A stretch of 64,000 nt of DNA from Chloroflexota bacterium (GTDB lineage Bacteria > Chloroflexota > UBA6077 > FW602-bin22 > JACPRP01). The notes under the pieces were generated by a model. It made no database searches. It saw only the letters and a list, made by a program, of their open reading frames with translations, and was not told where the DNA came from. Location: positions 27,669 to 91,668 of the forward strand of contig JAMCWX010000001.1 in NCBI GenBank assembly GCA_023480885.1. The letters are read 5' to 3'. A program made the translations under genes and the position numbers. Below, in pieces: positions 9,073-19,139 of this stretch (position 1 is its first letter; the number at the start of each line of letters is the position of its first letter).

Positions 9073-9881
9073 AAGGAAATTATCTCGCCCATTTCTGCAG
9101 ACTGTACTTCAATATACCGCCGCAGGCGCTCTGGCGTGCGATTGAAGCAGAGCTACTATCCGGAATCAACTTCGTCGAGCCCATTCTCGACCTGGGGTCG
9201 GGAGACGGAGTGTTCGCGAAAGCCATCTTCGGCAGAAACAGGCAGGTCTCTGGCGTCGACCTGTCACCAGAAAACGTCCGACAGGCACATAAGACAGGGG
9301 TCTATCAGGATGTGCGCGCCGCCGACGCTCGCTCCCTGCCCTACGCCGACGGTTCCTTTCGCACAGTCTTTAGTAACTGTGTGCTTGAGCATGTAGAGGA
9401 CGAGCTCGGCGTCCTCGCCGAGATATCGCGCGTTCTCGCACATGGCGGGAATTTCGTTTTCACTGTTCCGAGTGAGAGGTTTTGTAATTACGTGCTTCAG
9501 TTCAGAAGCCAGAATGGCGATAGCCTAGAGGATGCGAACCGCTACCTTGATAATCTGAATGCCAGGCTCCAGCACTTGCACTACCACAGTCCTGAGGATT
9601 GGCAGAAACGTTTGGAGCCGGTCGGTCTGTCGATAGACTCCACCCGATACTACCTCCAGCCAGAGGCGCACAGGATCTGGCTGGCCTGGACGGAGTTCTT
9701 CATTAAACGAGTCGGAAAGACCGAGATCGGCAATCTGCTGAGGGCGAGGCAATTCGCACCGGCGAGAATAGTTCTTCCTGTCTTGTGGCGACGACTCCTG
9801 GGCAGGTGCCTTGACCTCGAAATCAAGGACCAGGGCGAGGGAGCGGCTTTGTTGATCCGTGCAACAAAGCGAAGAAGTTAG
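9069..9881 (+). CDS. Class I SAM-dependent methyltransferase
   Basis: Motif I ILDLGSGDGVF, post-I VSGVDLS, and FSNCVLEHVED. The TTG start overlaps the radical-SAM stop (TTGA). Confidence 0.75.
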   Translation: MKGNYLAHFCRLYFNIPPQALWRAIEAELLSGINFVEPILDLGSGDGVFAKAIFGRNRQVSGVDLSPENVRQAHKTGVYQDVRAADARSLPYADGSFRTVFSNCVLEHVEDELGVLAEISRVLAHGGNFVFTVPSERFCNYVLQFRSQNGDSLEDANRYLDNLNARLQHLHYHSPEDWQKRLEPVGLSIDSTRYYLQPEAHRIWLAWTEFFIKRVGKTEIGNLLRARQFAPARIVLPVLWRRLLGRCLDLEIKDQGEGAALLIRATKRRS

Positions 9882-9887
9882 CTGTTT

Positions 9888-11123
9888 ATGATAGAAAGGC
9901 AACGTAACCTGCGAATTGCAGTCTACCATCAACTTCCTGAAGGCGGTGCCAAGCGGGCTCTGTACCATCAACTCCAGCAGCTTGGCAAGAGCCACCATGT
10001 GCATTTGTATACGAGCCAGGACACCACCGGCGAGAAGCTGGGTCTCAGCAGCCTGGTCGAGGAAACTCACATCTTCAAGTACCAGCCGCATACGTTTCCG
10101 AGCCAGAGCTTGCTCAGGTTCTTCAATCCCACCTCGTTTCTCATCGAGTTGCCCGCCCTGGATCGTTACTTCCGTCATTTGGCCAAATCTATCGACAAGG
10201 AGAACTACGATGCGGCCCTGATATGTCACGGACTTGTCACAACCCCCTATCTCCTGAAGTACTTGGAGACCCCGACCGTCTACTACTGCCAGGAGCCATT
10301 CAGGCAGGGTTACGAGTATCTGAAAACCCGCCGGCCAAAGACCGTGGCCGGGATCATGAAAGGACAGCTCAGCAAAGCTCGAATTGACGAGAGAATATTG
10401 GTTCGAACCCTGAGATCGAGGGACATCCCGTTACCCAGGCTTGCCAATCTAGTCCTGTGCAACTCGTCGTTCTCCAAGAATCAGATCGATAGGGTGTACG
10501 GGGTATCAGCAGTGGTCAATTACCTCGGTGTGGACATCGAGAGGTTCAGACCCCTTGGATTGCCGAGGTGCGGCAACGACGGCCACCAATTCGTCCTGTC
10601 GGTCGGCGAGATCCATCCGCGAAAGGGATTTGACCTGATAGTTCGTGCCTTGGCTCGGCTTCCACATCAGAAGCGCCCTCGGCTCGTCATTGTTTGCTTT
10701 CAATGGGATGTCCGTGAGAAAATGTACCTCGAACGAATGGCAGATGAGATGTCAGTGAGCCTGGAGTTCGTCAGGAACATTACGGATGCTGAACTAGTGG
10801 AGTTATATAACAGGGCGATGGCAACGGTCTTCGTGCCGTCACGCGAGCCCTTTGGCTTTGTCCCACTGGAATCTATGGCCTGCGGCACTCCGGTTATCGG
10901 CGCCAATGAAGGCGGCATAACTGAGTCAGTGCTGGATGGGCAAACAGGCTTCCTCGTCGAGCGAGATTCCATCCAGATCAAAAACGCCATAGAACGACTC
11001 CTGGATGACGCGGAGTTGGTTGCCAACATGGGATTGCGCGGCAGGCAATTGGTCGAGAGCAAGTGGACGTGGGAGAGATCTGTTGCCGAGCTAGAGGAGC
11101 ACCTGAGATCCGTATGTCACTAG
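9888..11123 (+). CDS. Glycosyltransferase, GT4 (GT-B fold)
   Basis: C-terminal signature EPFGFVPLESMACGTPVIGANEGGITESV...GFLV. Confidence 0.85.
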   Translation: MIERQRNLRIAVYHQLPEGGAKRALYHQLQQLGKSHHVHLYTSQDTTGEKLGLSSLVEETHIFKYQPHTFPSQSLLRFFNPTSFLIELPALDRYFRHLAKSIDKENYDAALICHGLVTTPYLLKYLETPTVYYCQEPFRQGYEYLKTRRPKTVAGIMKGQLSKARIDERILVRTLRSRDIPLPRLANLVLCNSSFSKNQIDRVYGVSAVVNYLGVDIERFRPLGLPRCGNDGHQFVLSVGEIHPRKGFDLIVRALARLPHQKRPRLVIVCFQWDVREKMYLERMADEMSVSLEFVRNITDAELVELYNRAMATVFVPSREPFGFVPLESMACGTPVIGANEGGITESVLDGQTGFLVERDSIQIKNAIERLLDDAELVANMGLRGRQLVESKWTWERSVAELEEHLRSVCH

Positions 11124-12094
11124 TAACATCTCTTACCGTGGTGATTCCAATTTACAATGGCGAGAAATGGATCGGCCGCTGCCTGGACTCGCTCTTCGCA
11201 CAGGAGTTACGAGGTAGAGAACTTCAGGTGGTTGCTGTAGATGACGGATCGAAAGACGGCACCGCTGAAATCCTGGACAGTTACAGCGCCAGGGAAAAGC
11301 GGCTGCACATCATTCACCAGGCCAATCAGGGTACGGCGGCGGCTTTGACGGCAGGGATTCAGATGGCTACGGGCGATGTGGTGGGGGTTATCTCGCAAGA
11401 CTGCTTCGCTGCGCCAGATTGGATGGCTAGCGTGGCCGACGCGTTCGAGGCCGACGACAAGATAGGCATCGTGCGAGGGCAGGTCTTGCCTGCCGGCGAA
11501 ATCAACGTTCCCATTTGCCACTGCACCTATGTGCTCAAACCCAGCCGTAGCTACGATGGGGTCACTATTGCGTTCCGTGCGGCTGCGCTTGACCAGGTAG
11601 GCAGATGCTATGACGTCTCCCTATCTCGCGCCGGCGACGATGCCGACATAGGGTGGCGGGTCGTGGAGGCAGGATGGCAAGACCATTGGATAGATCGGCC
11701 ATTATCCTTTCACGAGGTCATACCTCTTACTTTCTGGAGGGCCCTCGGCCAGATTAAGGCCGCGGCAAGAATGCCCTTGTTGGTGAGGAAACATCCTGGC
11801 ATGCGAGCACGGTTGAAGTTGAGGTTCCTGGCAGGTTCCCCATGGCAATACATCAGGCTGTCGTGTCTCGCAATGACATTGTTGACCGCTGTACTTACGA
11901 TCTGGAGCCTGGCTGCGCTTCTAATCGTGCTGACGTGTGCGCTGTACGTCATAGAAGCTGTTCAGCAAGAGATGATCCAGTGCTCCCCGAAAGGCAAATT
12001 CTTGACTTTGCCAGCCTACATGTTTGTGTCAGAGACACTGGGAGAGATGATGCTCTGCTGGGGCAGCCTGCGTTACAATAGCCTTGTTCTCTAG
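11114..12094 (+). CDS. Glycosyltransferase family 2 with C-terminal TM segments
   Basis: LTVVIPIYNGEKWIGRCLDSL...VVAVDDGSKDGT, with a hydrophobic C-terminal third. The ATG at 11114 overlaps the upstream stop by 10 nt. The track ORF begins at 11063. Confidence 0.8.
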   Translation: MSLVTSLTVVIPIYNGEKWIGRCLDSLFAQELRGRELQVVAVDDGSKDGTAEILDSYSAREKRLHIIHQANQGTAAALTAGIQMATGDVVGVISQDCFAAPDWMASVADAFEADDKIGIVRGQVLPAGEINVPICHCTYVLKPSRSYDGVTIAFRAAALDQVGRCYDVSLSRAGDDADIGWRVVEAGWQDHWIDRPLSFHEVIPLTFWRALGQIKAAARMPLLVRKHPGMRARLKLRFLAGSPWQYIRLSCLAMTLLTAVLTIWSLAALLIVLTCALYVIEAVQQEMIQCSPKGKFLTLPAYMFVSETLGEMMLCWGSLRYNSLVL

Positions 12095-12143
12095 ATTCAC
12101 ATAGAGATGGATTCGTTATCAATCGAATTGAGAATCATGACAT

Positions 12144-13040
12144 ATGTTTATCTCGGTAGTCGTTCCGACCTACAACAGAGCAAAAAAATTAGTAAGATGC
12201 CTGTCCACCCTATCTGAGCAACGATTTCGCGACTATGAAATCATTGTCGTAGACGATGGTAGCAGCGACGATACGCCTGTAGTCGTGCGAAACTTCCACG
12301 ATGTCGTCTATATTCGCCAAAACAACAGAGGTCCCGCAGCAGCTAGAAACCTGGGGCTCGCTCACGCACACGGGGAAGTCGTTGCGTTCACCGACGACGA
12401 CTGCGTGGCACCCTTGGATTGGCTGGCGCAGTTAGAAAGTGGGTACCTGCGGCATCCAGAAGTTGCCGGCGTCGGTGGACACATGGAACCTCCCGCGGAG
12501 ATTCTTAGATCCAACATCTTTGCTCGGTATGAGTGGCATAGCACTCGCAACACCATCGGGATCAATCGCCAGGAGTTTGTCGGCGGCTTCGAGTGCCCAG
12601 CCGGTGGCACGAACAACATGTCATATCGTCGCCAGGCTTTGATAGAGGTTGGCGGCTTCGATGAAAGCTTCCCATTCGCTGCAGGCGAGGACGCAGATTT
12701 GAAGTGGCGCATTTGCCAGCGTGAGCATCACCTGCTATACATTCCAGTAAGAGTAACGCACCTGCACGAGTACACGTGGCAAAGCTTCACGCGCCAGCAT
12801 GTGACCCGCGGAAAGGGAGCAGCCAGGTTCGAGGAGAAGTGGGCTCAAAGACCGAGCAGGGCCCGCATTCTCGCTCGCCTTTCGTGGCGGTTCGTCATTT
12901 TCTGGAAAGACCTTGCAACCATTGAGACGAAGAGCAATGCAATGCTGAAACTTGCGGCCGGCGTGTTTGATTGTTTGGGTCAGTTGCAGATAAGGCCCAC
13001 GGGAGGTCGCTCTTGCTCAAGGCCTTTGGGCAAGGGGTGA
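12144..13040 (+). CDS. Glycosyltransferase family 2
   Basis: MFISVVVPTYNRAKKLVRCLSTL...IIVVDDGSSDDT...FTDDDC. Confidence 0.85.
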   Translation: MFISVVVPTYNRAKKLVRCLSTLSEQRFRDYEIIVVDDGSSDDTPVVVRNFHDVVYIRQNNRGPAAARNLGLAHAHGEVVAFTDDDCVAPLDWLAQLESGYLRHPEVAGVGGHMEPPAEILRSNIFARYEWHSTRNTIGINRQEFVGGFECPAGGTNNMSYRRQALIEVGGFDESFPFAAGEDADLKWRICQREHHLLYIPVRVTHLHEYTWQSFTRQHVTRGKGAARFEEKWAQRPSRARILARLSWRFVIFWKDLATIETKSNAMLKLAAGVFDCLGQLQIRPTGGRSCSRPLGKG

Positions 13041-13114
13041 AATTGCTCAGTTCCGCAGGATTAAGAACCTGTGAGCACGCTGCGTGCACATCAACAAACT
13101 AGGAACGGGATAGG

Positions 13115-13696
13115 GTGGCATCGGAAACTGTGAGAATACTGGATGTGGGTTGCGGTAACAACAAGGTCAAGGGCGCCATTGGCGTAGATATCAGCCCAAA
13201 CACTCAGGCCGACGTGATTCACGACCTGGATTCATTTCCATACCCGTTTCGGGATGACGAATTCGACGTCATCTACTGCAACCACATTGTGGAGCACGTC
13301 GCCGACGTCGTACGCTTTATGGATGAGATATATCGTGTGGCAAAACCAGGGGCCATCATCAGCCTGGTTACCCCGCACTTCAGCAATCCCCGAGCCTACG
13401 CCGATCCAACGCATAGACGTTACCTTAGCGTTGCAGCCTTCGATTTCCTCCTGGACGGGAAGGCGCCTCCTAATATCAGTATTCTCGACCGGGTTCTGGA
13501 GATCAAGTATCCGCCTCCGACGTTGGACAAGAAAGCAAGATTCGAGAAAATCGAGACTAGACTGAAATTCGGCCGCCCATTTCGCTACACGGGAATCCAA
13601 TGGCTAGCAAATCGATTTCTCAATGCATACGAATTCTATTTCTGCGGCATTTTTCCTGCGCGAGATATCTATGTTAAACTCCGCGTCATCAAATAG
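13115..13696 (+). CDS. Class I SAM-dependent methyltransferase (Methyltransf_11-like)
   Basis: ILDVGCGNNKVKGAIGVDI...DVIYCNHIVEHV...KPGAIISLVTPH. GTG start. Confidence 0.75.
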   Translation: MASETVRILDVGCGNNKVKGAIGVDISPNTQADVIHDLDSFPYPFRDDEFDVIYCNHIVEHVADVVRFMDEIYRVAKPGAIISLVTPHFSNPRAYADPTHRRYLSVAAFDFLLDGKAPPNISILDRVLEIKYPPPTLDKKARFEKIETRLKFGRPFRYTGIQWLANRFLNAYEFYFCGIFPARDIYVKLRVIK

Positions 13697-13709
13697 ACTG
13701 CCTTCCGAG

Positions 13710-14849
13710 ATGCAGGTTGATAAACGGATTGGCATCCTTGTTGTGTCTCACACTTATGTCGTGGGTGTGAACCAGCGCAAAGTGGAGGAGATGGCGAGAA
13801 TTTCGGACCTTTCAGTGAGTCTGCTGATACCGTCACGTTTTCTCGATCTATTGAGAGACACGAAGGCGGAATGCCTGACCCCTAGCAGATTCGAGATGAT
13901 CAGCAGCCCCGTTCTGTTTGCGGGTCATCAGATACGGTACCTCTACCATCCAGGGCTGTTGTGGCGAACCCTCTCACGCCTGCGGCCAGATGTTGTGCAG
14001 GTGGAAGAAGAACCAGGCAGTCTGAGCCTACTGCAGTTAGGTCTACTGAAAAGACTCTTCGGATTCAAACTGATCTTCTTTACGTGGGAAAACATTTTCC
14101 GCACCTCCCTGGCTTACCCCATCGAGAAGGTCAACCTGGCTCTGGCCGATGGAGCCATAGCCGGTAATCGAGAAGCCGCTACAGTACTTCGGCGCAAGGG
14201 GTTCAAGGGGCCAGTTGAGGTAATCACACAACTTGGAGTGGATGTCGAGGATTTCACCTGCGTGGCGAAAGCGGTCACCAGAGAGAACCTTGGTCTGCGC
14301 GGGTTTGTCGTGGGATACGTGGGCAGGTTGGTTGAAGAGAAAGGCCTTCTTTCTCTCGTAGGCGCCTTTGCCAGGCTCGATACCGAAGCCACGCTGCTCT
14401 TCGTGGGTAAGGGGCCGCTGAAGCCTGCGGTAAGGCTCCTAGCCAGTGAATTGGGAATCGAACACAAATTGGTGTTCGTCGACGCCGTCAAGCACGACGA
14501 GGTTCCCGCGTATCTCAGTTGTCTGGACGTTCTGGTTTTGCCGTCGCGCTCTGGAAAACTGTGGAAAGAGCAATTCGGTCACGTCCTAATAGAAGCAATG
14601 GCATCGGGCATACCAGTAGTGGGGTCGAGCTCGGGCGCAATACCTGAGGTGATCGGCAGTGCAGGGCTCATCTTTCCTGAAGGTGATGTGGCGGCGTTGC
14701 GTGAGGCACTCGGCGACCTGGCCCACAACCCTAACCTGCGAACGAGGTTAAGCGAACTGGGCAAGAAGCGGGTTGCAGAGAACTTCACCCATCAAGAGGT
14801 GGCGAGACGTACACGAGAGTTTTACGATGAGATACTGCCGCGCCGATGA
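13710..14849 (+). CDS. Glycosyltransferase, GT4
   Basis: IGILVVSHTY... N-terminus and EQFGHVLIEAMASGIPVVGSSSGAIPEVI signature. The ATG at 13710 lies 14 nt after the upstream stop. The track ORF starts at 13623, inside the previous gene. Confidence 0.8.
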   Translation: MQVDKRIGILVVSHTYVVGVNQRKVEEMARISDLSVSLLIPSRFLDLLRDTKAECLTPSRFEMISSPVLFAGHQIRYLYHPGLLWRTLSRLRPDVVQVEEEPGSLSLLQLGLLKRLFGFKLIFFTWENIFRTSLAYPIEKVNLALADGAIAGNREAATVLRRKGFKGPVEVITQLGVDVEDFTCVAKAVTRENLGLRGFVVGYVGRLVEEKGLLSLVGAFARLDTEATLLFVGKGPLKPAVRLLASELGIEHKLVFVDAVKHDEVPAYLSCLDVLVLPSRSGKLWKEQFGHVLIEAMASGIPVVGSSSGAIPEVIGSAGLIFPEGDVAALREALGDLAHNPNLRTRLSELGKKRVAENFTHQEVARRTREFYDEILPRR

Positions 14850-14937
14850 GAGATGTTGATCTATCCGCCCAGCTATTATTCGGTCCGACACAGCCGACAA
14901 CGGGTGCGGAAACTCGAAATAGAAAGCAGTTTCGGCG

Positions 14938-16050
14938 ATGAACGTGACCCTCTTTCGGGACATTAAAGAAGAGGACTGGCCAAGCATGGAAATCTACCCT
15001 GACGAATTGGCTCGACATCTCGGCAAGGTTTGCTCTGACTCAGACTCCATTAGACAGGTAAGTGTAGGGCCGCTAATTCCGGGATTGAAAGGCAAATACC
15101 GAGCCGCATCAATTTACAGTTCCAGGCTGTTCAAGTATCCGCTCGTCGCGAGTCGTAAGCAAGGTGACATTAATCACATCGTCGACCACACGTATGCTCA
15201 TCTGACCCACTTCCTTGACAAACGAAAGACCATCGTCACCTGTCACGACCTGGCACCACTCGTGTTGAGAAGCACTCTGCCCAGTCGCAGCGTAGGTCTT
15301 GCTCTTTGGGACCTGGCTTTGCGAGGAATGACGAAGGCCGCTAGAATTATCGCCGATTCGGAGAACACACGACGGGATGTGATTCGCCTCACCGACTACC
15401 CACCCGACAGAATCGACGTTGTTCACGCAGGGGTAGGAGAAGGATTCAAACCAATTGCGGATCCCGATAGTTTGGAAAGCGCCAGGGAACGTTTGTCTAT
15501 TCCGCGAGCATATATCGTTCTTCACATTGGTCATTGTGGCCAGCGAAAGAACATCGAAGGCATACTGATCGCGCTGTCTAAGATAATCGAGGACGGATAC
15601 CATCAAGTTCACTTTGTGCAGGTAGGCGGCTTTTTCAGCCAGAATCAACAGCGCCTGATAGAGAAGCTTGGCCTTCAGTCTTACGTTACGCAACTTAACT
15701 ACGTGCCATCGAGTGACTTGCGCTTCCTGTACAACCTTGCCAAAGTCTTCGTTTTCCCTTCGCATTACGAGGGGTTCGGATTTCCCCCACTGGAAGCTAT
15801 GGCCTGTGGGACACCGGTAGTTTGCTCTAACACGTCGTCCTTGCCCGAGATCGTGGGTGATGCAGCTATAACTGTGGAGCCGTCAGATTCCGCGGCTCTG
15901 GCAGCGGCGGTGGAGAGAGTGCTGGGAGATCGCCAACTGAGGGCAGAGCTGGTAGCAAACGGCATAGCGCGCGCGAAGATGTTCTCCTGGGAGACGACCG
16001 CGAGACGAACGTTCGCGGTTTACCAGCAGGTTCATAACGAAGCTCAATAG
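14938..16050 (+). CDS. Glycosyltransferase, GT4
   Basis: EGFGFPPLEAMACGTPVVCSNTSSLPEIVGDAA signature. Confidence 0.85.
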   Translation: MNVTLFRDIKEEDWPSMEIYPDELARHLGKVCSDSDSIRQVSVGPLIPGLKGKYRAASIYSSRLFKYPLVASRKQGDINHIVDHTYAHLTHFLDKRKTIVTCHDLAPLVLRSTLPSRSVGLALWDLALRGMTKAARIIADSENTRRDVIRLTDYPPDRIDVVHAGVGEGFKPIADPDSLESARERLSIPRAYIVLHIGHCGQRKNIEGILIALSKIIEDGYHQVHFVQVGGFFSQNQQRLIEKLGLQSYVTQLNYVPSSDLRFLYNLAKVFVFPSHYEGFGFPPLEAMACGTPVVCSNTSSLPEIVGDAAITVEPSDSAALAAAVERVLGDRQLRAELVANGIARAKMFSWETTARRTFAVYQQVHNEAQ

Positions 16051-16062
16051 AATCGTGAAGAT

Positions 16063-17952
16063 ATGTGCGGCATCTGCGGAATATGCGATTCTCAATCCAA
16101 TAGACTGATCGACGAAGGCACGATAAGGCGAATGTGCGCCTCCTTGCGCCATCGTGGCCCTGATGACGAAGGCATCGTGACAAAAGGCAGTGTCGGCCTC
16201 GGGATGCGGCGGCTTTCGATCATCGATCTTCAAGGTGGACGTCAACCCATATCCAACGAAGACGGGAGCGTCACAGTTGTATTCAACGGCGAGATCTACA
16301 ACTTCAAGACTCTGAGAGAGGAGTTGCTGGACAAAGGCCATCGGTTTGCGACCGCCTCGGATACCGAGGTTATCGTACACCTGTACGAGGAGCTCGGCAC
16401 CGAGTGTTCAAAGCGACTGAATGGGATGTTTGCCTTCGCCATCTGGGACGAGAAACGCCAGACGCTGTTCCTCGCCAGGGATCACCTGGGAATCAAGCCA
16501 TTATACTATGCGGAAATCTCAGGGCAGCTCGTTTTTGGCTCAGAGATCAAGGCCATTCTATTGCATTCACAGGTTAGCAGGGAGATCGACCTGTTCGCGC
16601 TGGACGATTTCCTGACTTACCGCTATATCCCTGCGCCACGAACCATCTTCAAGGACATCAAGAAGCTGCCCGCGGGTCACTCTCTGTGCCGCACTCAAGG
16701 AACAAGCGTCGTCGAAAGATACTGGGATGTTGACTTTCCTAAGTCCGAGACCTGTGCGCGCAGCGAGCATGAACTCGCTAGCGAGGTTAGAAGCCTCCTG
16801 GCCGAATCCGTCAAAATGCAGATGATGAGCGACGTGCCACTCGGCGCATTCCTGAGCGGCGGAATAGACTCCAGCATCATTGTCGGTCTGATGAGTCACC
16901 ATACGGACCAGCCAGTGAAGACGTATTCTGTCGGCTTCGAGGGCTGGCAAAGCTACGACGAGCTGAAATACGCGCGAATAGCGGCCCAGCACTTCGGAAC
17001 CGATCACCACGAGATAATGGTCGAGGCAAGCGCCATAGATCTTTTGCCAAAGCTGGTCACGTTTTTTGACGAGCCGATGGCGGATCCAGCAGCAATCCCA
17101 ACCTACTTGATGTCCAGAGTCGCTAGGGAGGACGTCACCGTCGCGCTCACGGGCGAAGGTGCGGACGAGCTTTTCGCCGGCTATGGCTGGTACGCGTGGG
17201 CAAATCCAGGCGGGATGAACCGCATTGCGGGGAGATTACCGTCCTCCGTCCGTCGTGCAGCCCTCCCTATCGTCGAGAGCAGCTTTAGCGGAAGGCGCGG
17301 CAAGCGGACTTTGATGGCTGCCTTGCTGCCAACGTTCGAAGAACGCTATTTCGAAACCATTGCCTGCTCCGTGTTTCAGACGTCCGAGCGAAGAAGACTG
17401 TACTCAAGTCAGATGAACAAGCATCTGGCAGATAAAGCTGCAGGTGATGAGCTTAGTTACTATCTGGAGCATTCGCAACGCTACCAGGCTCAGAGCAGAA
17501 TGCAGTACCTGGATACCAAGATATGGCTGGCAGATGATCCCTTGACGAAGGTGGATAGAATGAGCATGGCAGTGTCGCTCGAAGCTCGCGTGCCTTTCCT
17601 CGACCACAGATTGGTCGAGCTCGCGGCGAGAATTCCGGCACATCTAAAAACGAACGGGAAGACATCCAAATTGATTCTCCGCAAGTCCATGGCGGACATA
17701 CTGCCTGAGGCGATCTTGGACCGGCAGAAGCACGCATTTGACGTGCCTATTAACGAGTGGCTAAGAACAGAGTTGCGCGACTGGATCGTTGATTTACCGC
17801 GACATCCCTCGATAGCACAGACAGGCTACTTCGACAGCGCGTACGTTTCCCAGCTTGTGAGGCAGCACCTTGACGGCCGGCGAAGTCACGGAGCGCAACT
17901 CTGGGCACTCCTGAACTTCTCTCTCTGGTTTACTGCGTATGAATGCCCCTAA
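16063..17952 (+). CDS. Asparagine synthase (glutamine-hydrolysing) family amidotransferase
   Basis: N-terminal nucleophile MCGICGI, GATase region RGPDDEG...SIIDL, and the PP-loop FLSGGIDSS. Confidence 0.9.
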   Translation: MCGICGICDSQSNRLIDEGTIRRMCASLRHRGPDDEGIVTKGSVGLGMRRLSIIDLQGGRQPISNEDGSVTVVFNGEIYNFKTLREELLDKGHRFATASDTEVIVHLYEELGTECSKRLNGMFAFAIWDEKRQTLFLARDHLGIKPLYYAEISGQLVFGSEIKAILLHSQVSREIDLFALDDFLTYRYIPAPRTIFKDIKKLPAGHSLCRTQGTSVVERYWDVDFPKSETCARSEHELASEVRSLLAESVKMQMMSDVPLGAFLSGGIDSSIIVGLMSHHTDQPVKTYSVGFEGWQSYDELKYARIAAQHFGTDHHEIMVEASAIDLLPKLVTFFDEPMADPAAIPTYLMSRVAREDVTVALTGEGADELFAGYGWYAWANPGGMNRIAGRLPSSVRRAALPIVESSFSGRRGKRTLMAALLPTFEERYFETIACSVFQTSERRRLYSSQMNKHLADKAAGDELSYYLEHSQRYQAQSRMQYLDTKIWLADDPLTKVDRMSMAVSLEARVPFLDHRLVELAARIPAHLKTNGKTSKLILRKSMADILPEAILDRQKHAFDVPINEWLRTELRDWIVDLPRHPSIAQTGYFDSAYVSQLVRQHLDGRRSHGAQLWALLNFSLWFTAYECP

Positions 17953-19114
17953 AATGCCGCAGTCGGGCGAATGCAAGACGAAACTGAAGATTCTTTACAT
18001 CGATCATGCTCCCGTGATGGGCGGTGCGGAACACAGTCTGTTGGCTCTTCTGACGCAACTGGATCGCAGCCGATTTGAGCCAGTCCTGGCATCCACCCGA
18101 GGCACCAAACTGGCTGAAGAAGCAGGCAGAATCGGCATTAAAGTGAAACACCCATCGCTGGAACAACTGAGAAGCGTGCGCAATCCAGCAACAGTGTTTT
18201 GGAGAACCAGCAAAGGTGTGGCCGAGCTCGTGAGATTGATTAGAAGTGAGAGAATCGACATAGTCCACGCCAACGTCATGCGTTCTTCGATTTACGGCGC
18301 GATGGTGTCCAGGCTCACCAAGACCCCACTGGTTTGGCACGTGCGAGACATTCACCGTGAGAGGTCCTACCTCCAGATCATGAGCAAACTCGCCGACAGG
18401 ATCGTTGCCATCTCCGCAGCGGTGAAAGACTCTCTTCCGCAATGGGCGCATTCCAAGACATCCGTGGTTTACAACGGGCTGAATCTGAGCGAGTTCGATT
18501 CCTCCAAAGAAGATGGCGCCGGGTTCCGACGGGATATTGGCGTGGCTGATGGAGAGTTCTTGGTTGGCAACGTGGGCTGGATTGCGCCCTGGAAGGGCCA
18601 GCGTCTTTTCCTTGAGATGGCGAGCAGGATAGCCAGCGAAAACAACAATGTCCGTTTTGTGATAGTCGGTGATGCCGCCGACAACAGATATGCCGACTTC
18701 TATAGGCAGTTGCGAGCGTACGCAGACGAGAAACTTGGGGAACGAGTCATCTTCGCAGGCTCACGCCGTGATATGGCTCGGGTTATGGCAGGATTGGACC
18801 TGCTGGTGCACTGCGCCAAAGACGAGCCATTTGGACGTGTGTTGATCGAGGCAATGGCCATGGAGAAGCCCGTGGTAGCCATTCATGGCGGTGGAGCTGA
18901 CGAGATCATACTAGACGAGGTTACTGGCTTCCTATTGCCGAAAGGGGACGTCGACGCGCTAGTCCGGTCAGTGCTCACGATGGAAGCAGACTCTTCGCTA
19001 GCTCGCAGCATGGGACACGAAGGGAGAGAACGAGTCGTGTCCAGCTTTAGCCTGGACACACACGTTTGCCATATTGAGAGAATATACGAGTCGATAGCGC
19101 TGCGTAGGAAATGA
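17939..19114 (+). CDS. Glycosyltransferase, GT4
   Basis: KILYIDHAPVMGGAEHSL N-terminus and EPFGRVLIEAMAMEKPVVAIHGGGADEII signature. It overlaps the AsnB-like stop by 14 nt. Confidence 0.85.
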   Translation: MNAPKMPQSGECKTKLKILYIDHAPVMGGAEHSLLALLTQLDRSRFEPVLASTRGTKLAEEAGRIGIKVKHPSLEQLRSVRNPATVFWRTSKGVAELVRLIRSERIDIVHANVMRSSIYGAMVSRLTKTPLVWHVRDIHRERSYLQIMSKLADRIVAISAAVKDSLPQWAHSKTSVVYNGLNLSEFDSSKEDGAGFRRDIGVADGEFLVGNVGWIAPWKGQRLFLEMASRIASENNNVRFVIVGDAADNRYADFYRQLRAYADEKLGERVIFAGSRRDMARVMAGLDLLVHCAKDEPFGRVLIEAMAMEKPVVAIHGGGADEIILDEVTGFLLPKGDVDALVRSVLTMEADSSLARSMGHEGRERVVSSFSLDTHVCHIERIYESIALRRK

Positions 19115-19139
19115 TCAGGAAACAGTCGTTAGGTTTACT

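Noticed and set aside
9525-10229. A 234-aa ORF antisense to the methyltransferase/GT4 junction.
   Set aside because: Both sense genes have clear family motifs. The antisense product is featureless, and open antisense frames are common where TTA/CTA/TCA codons are rare.
15109-15765. A 218-aa antisense ORF inside a GT4 gene. Similar long antisense ORFs occur at 17930-18451, 27655-28314, 38295-39038, 51641-52309 and 57246-57773.
   Set aside because: All lie opposite genes with recognisable signatures. None has a plausible RBS or motif, so I treat them as shadow ORFs.
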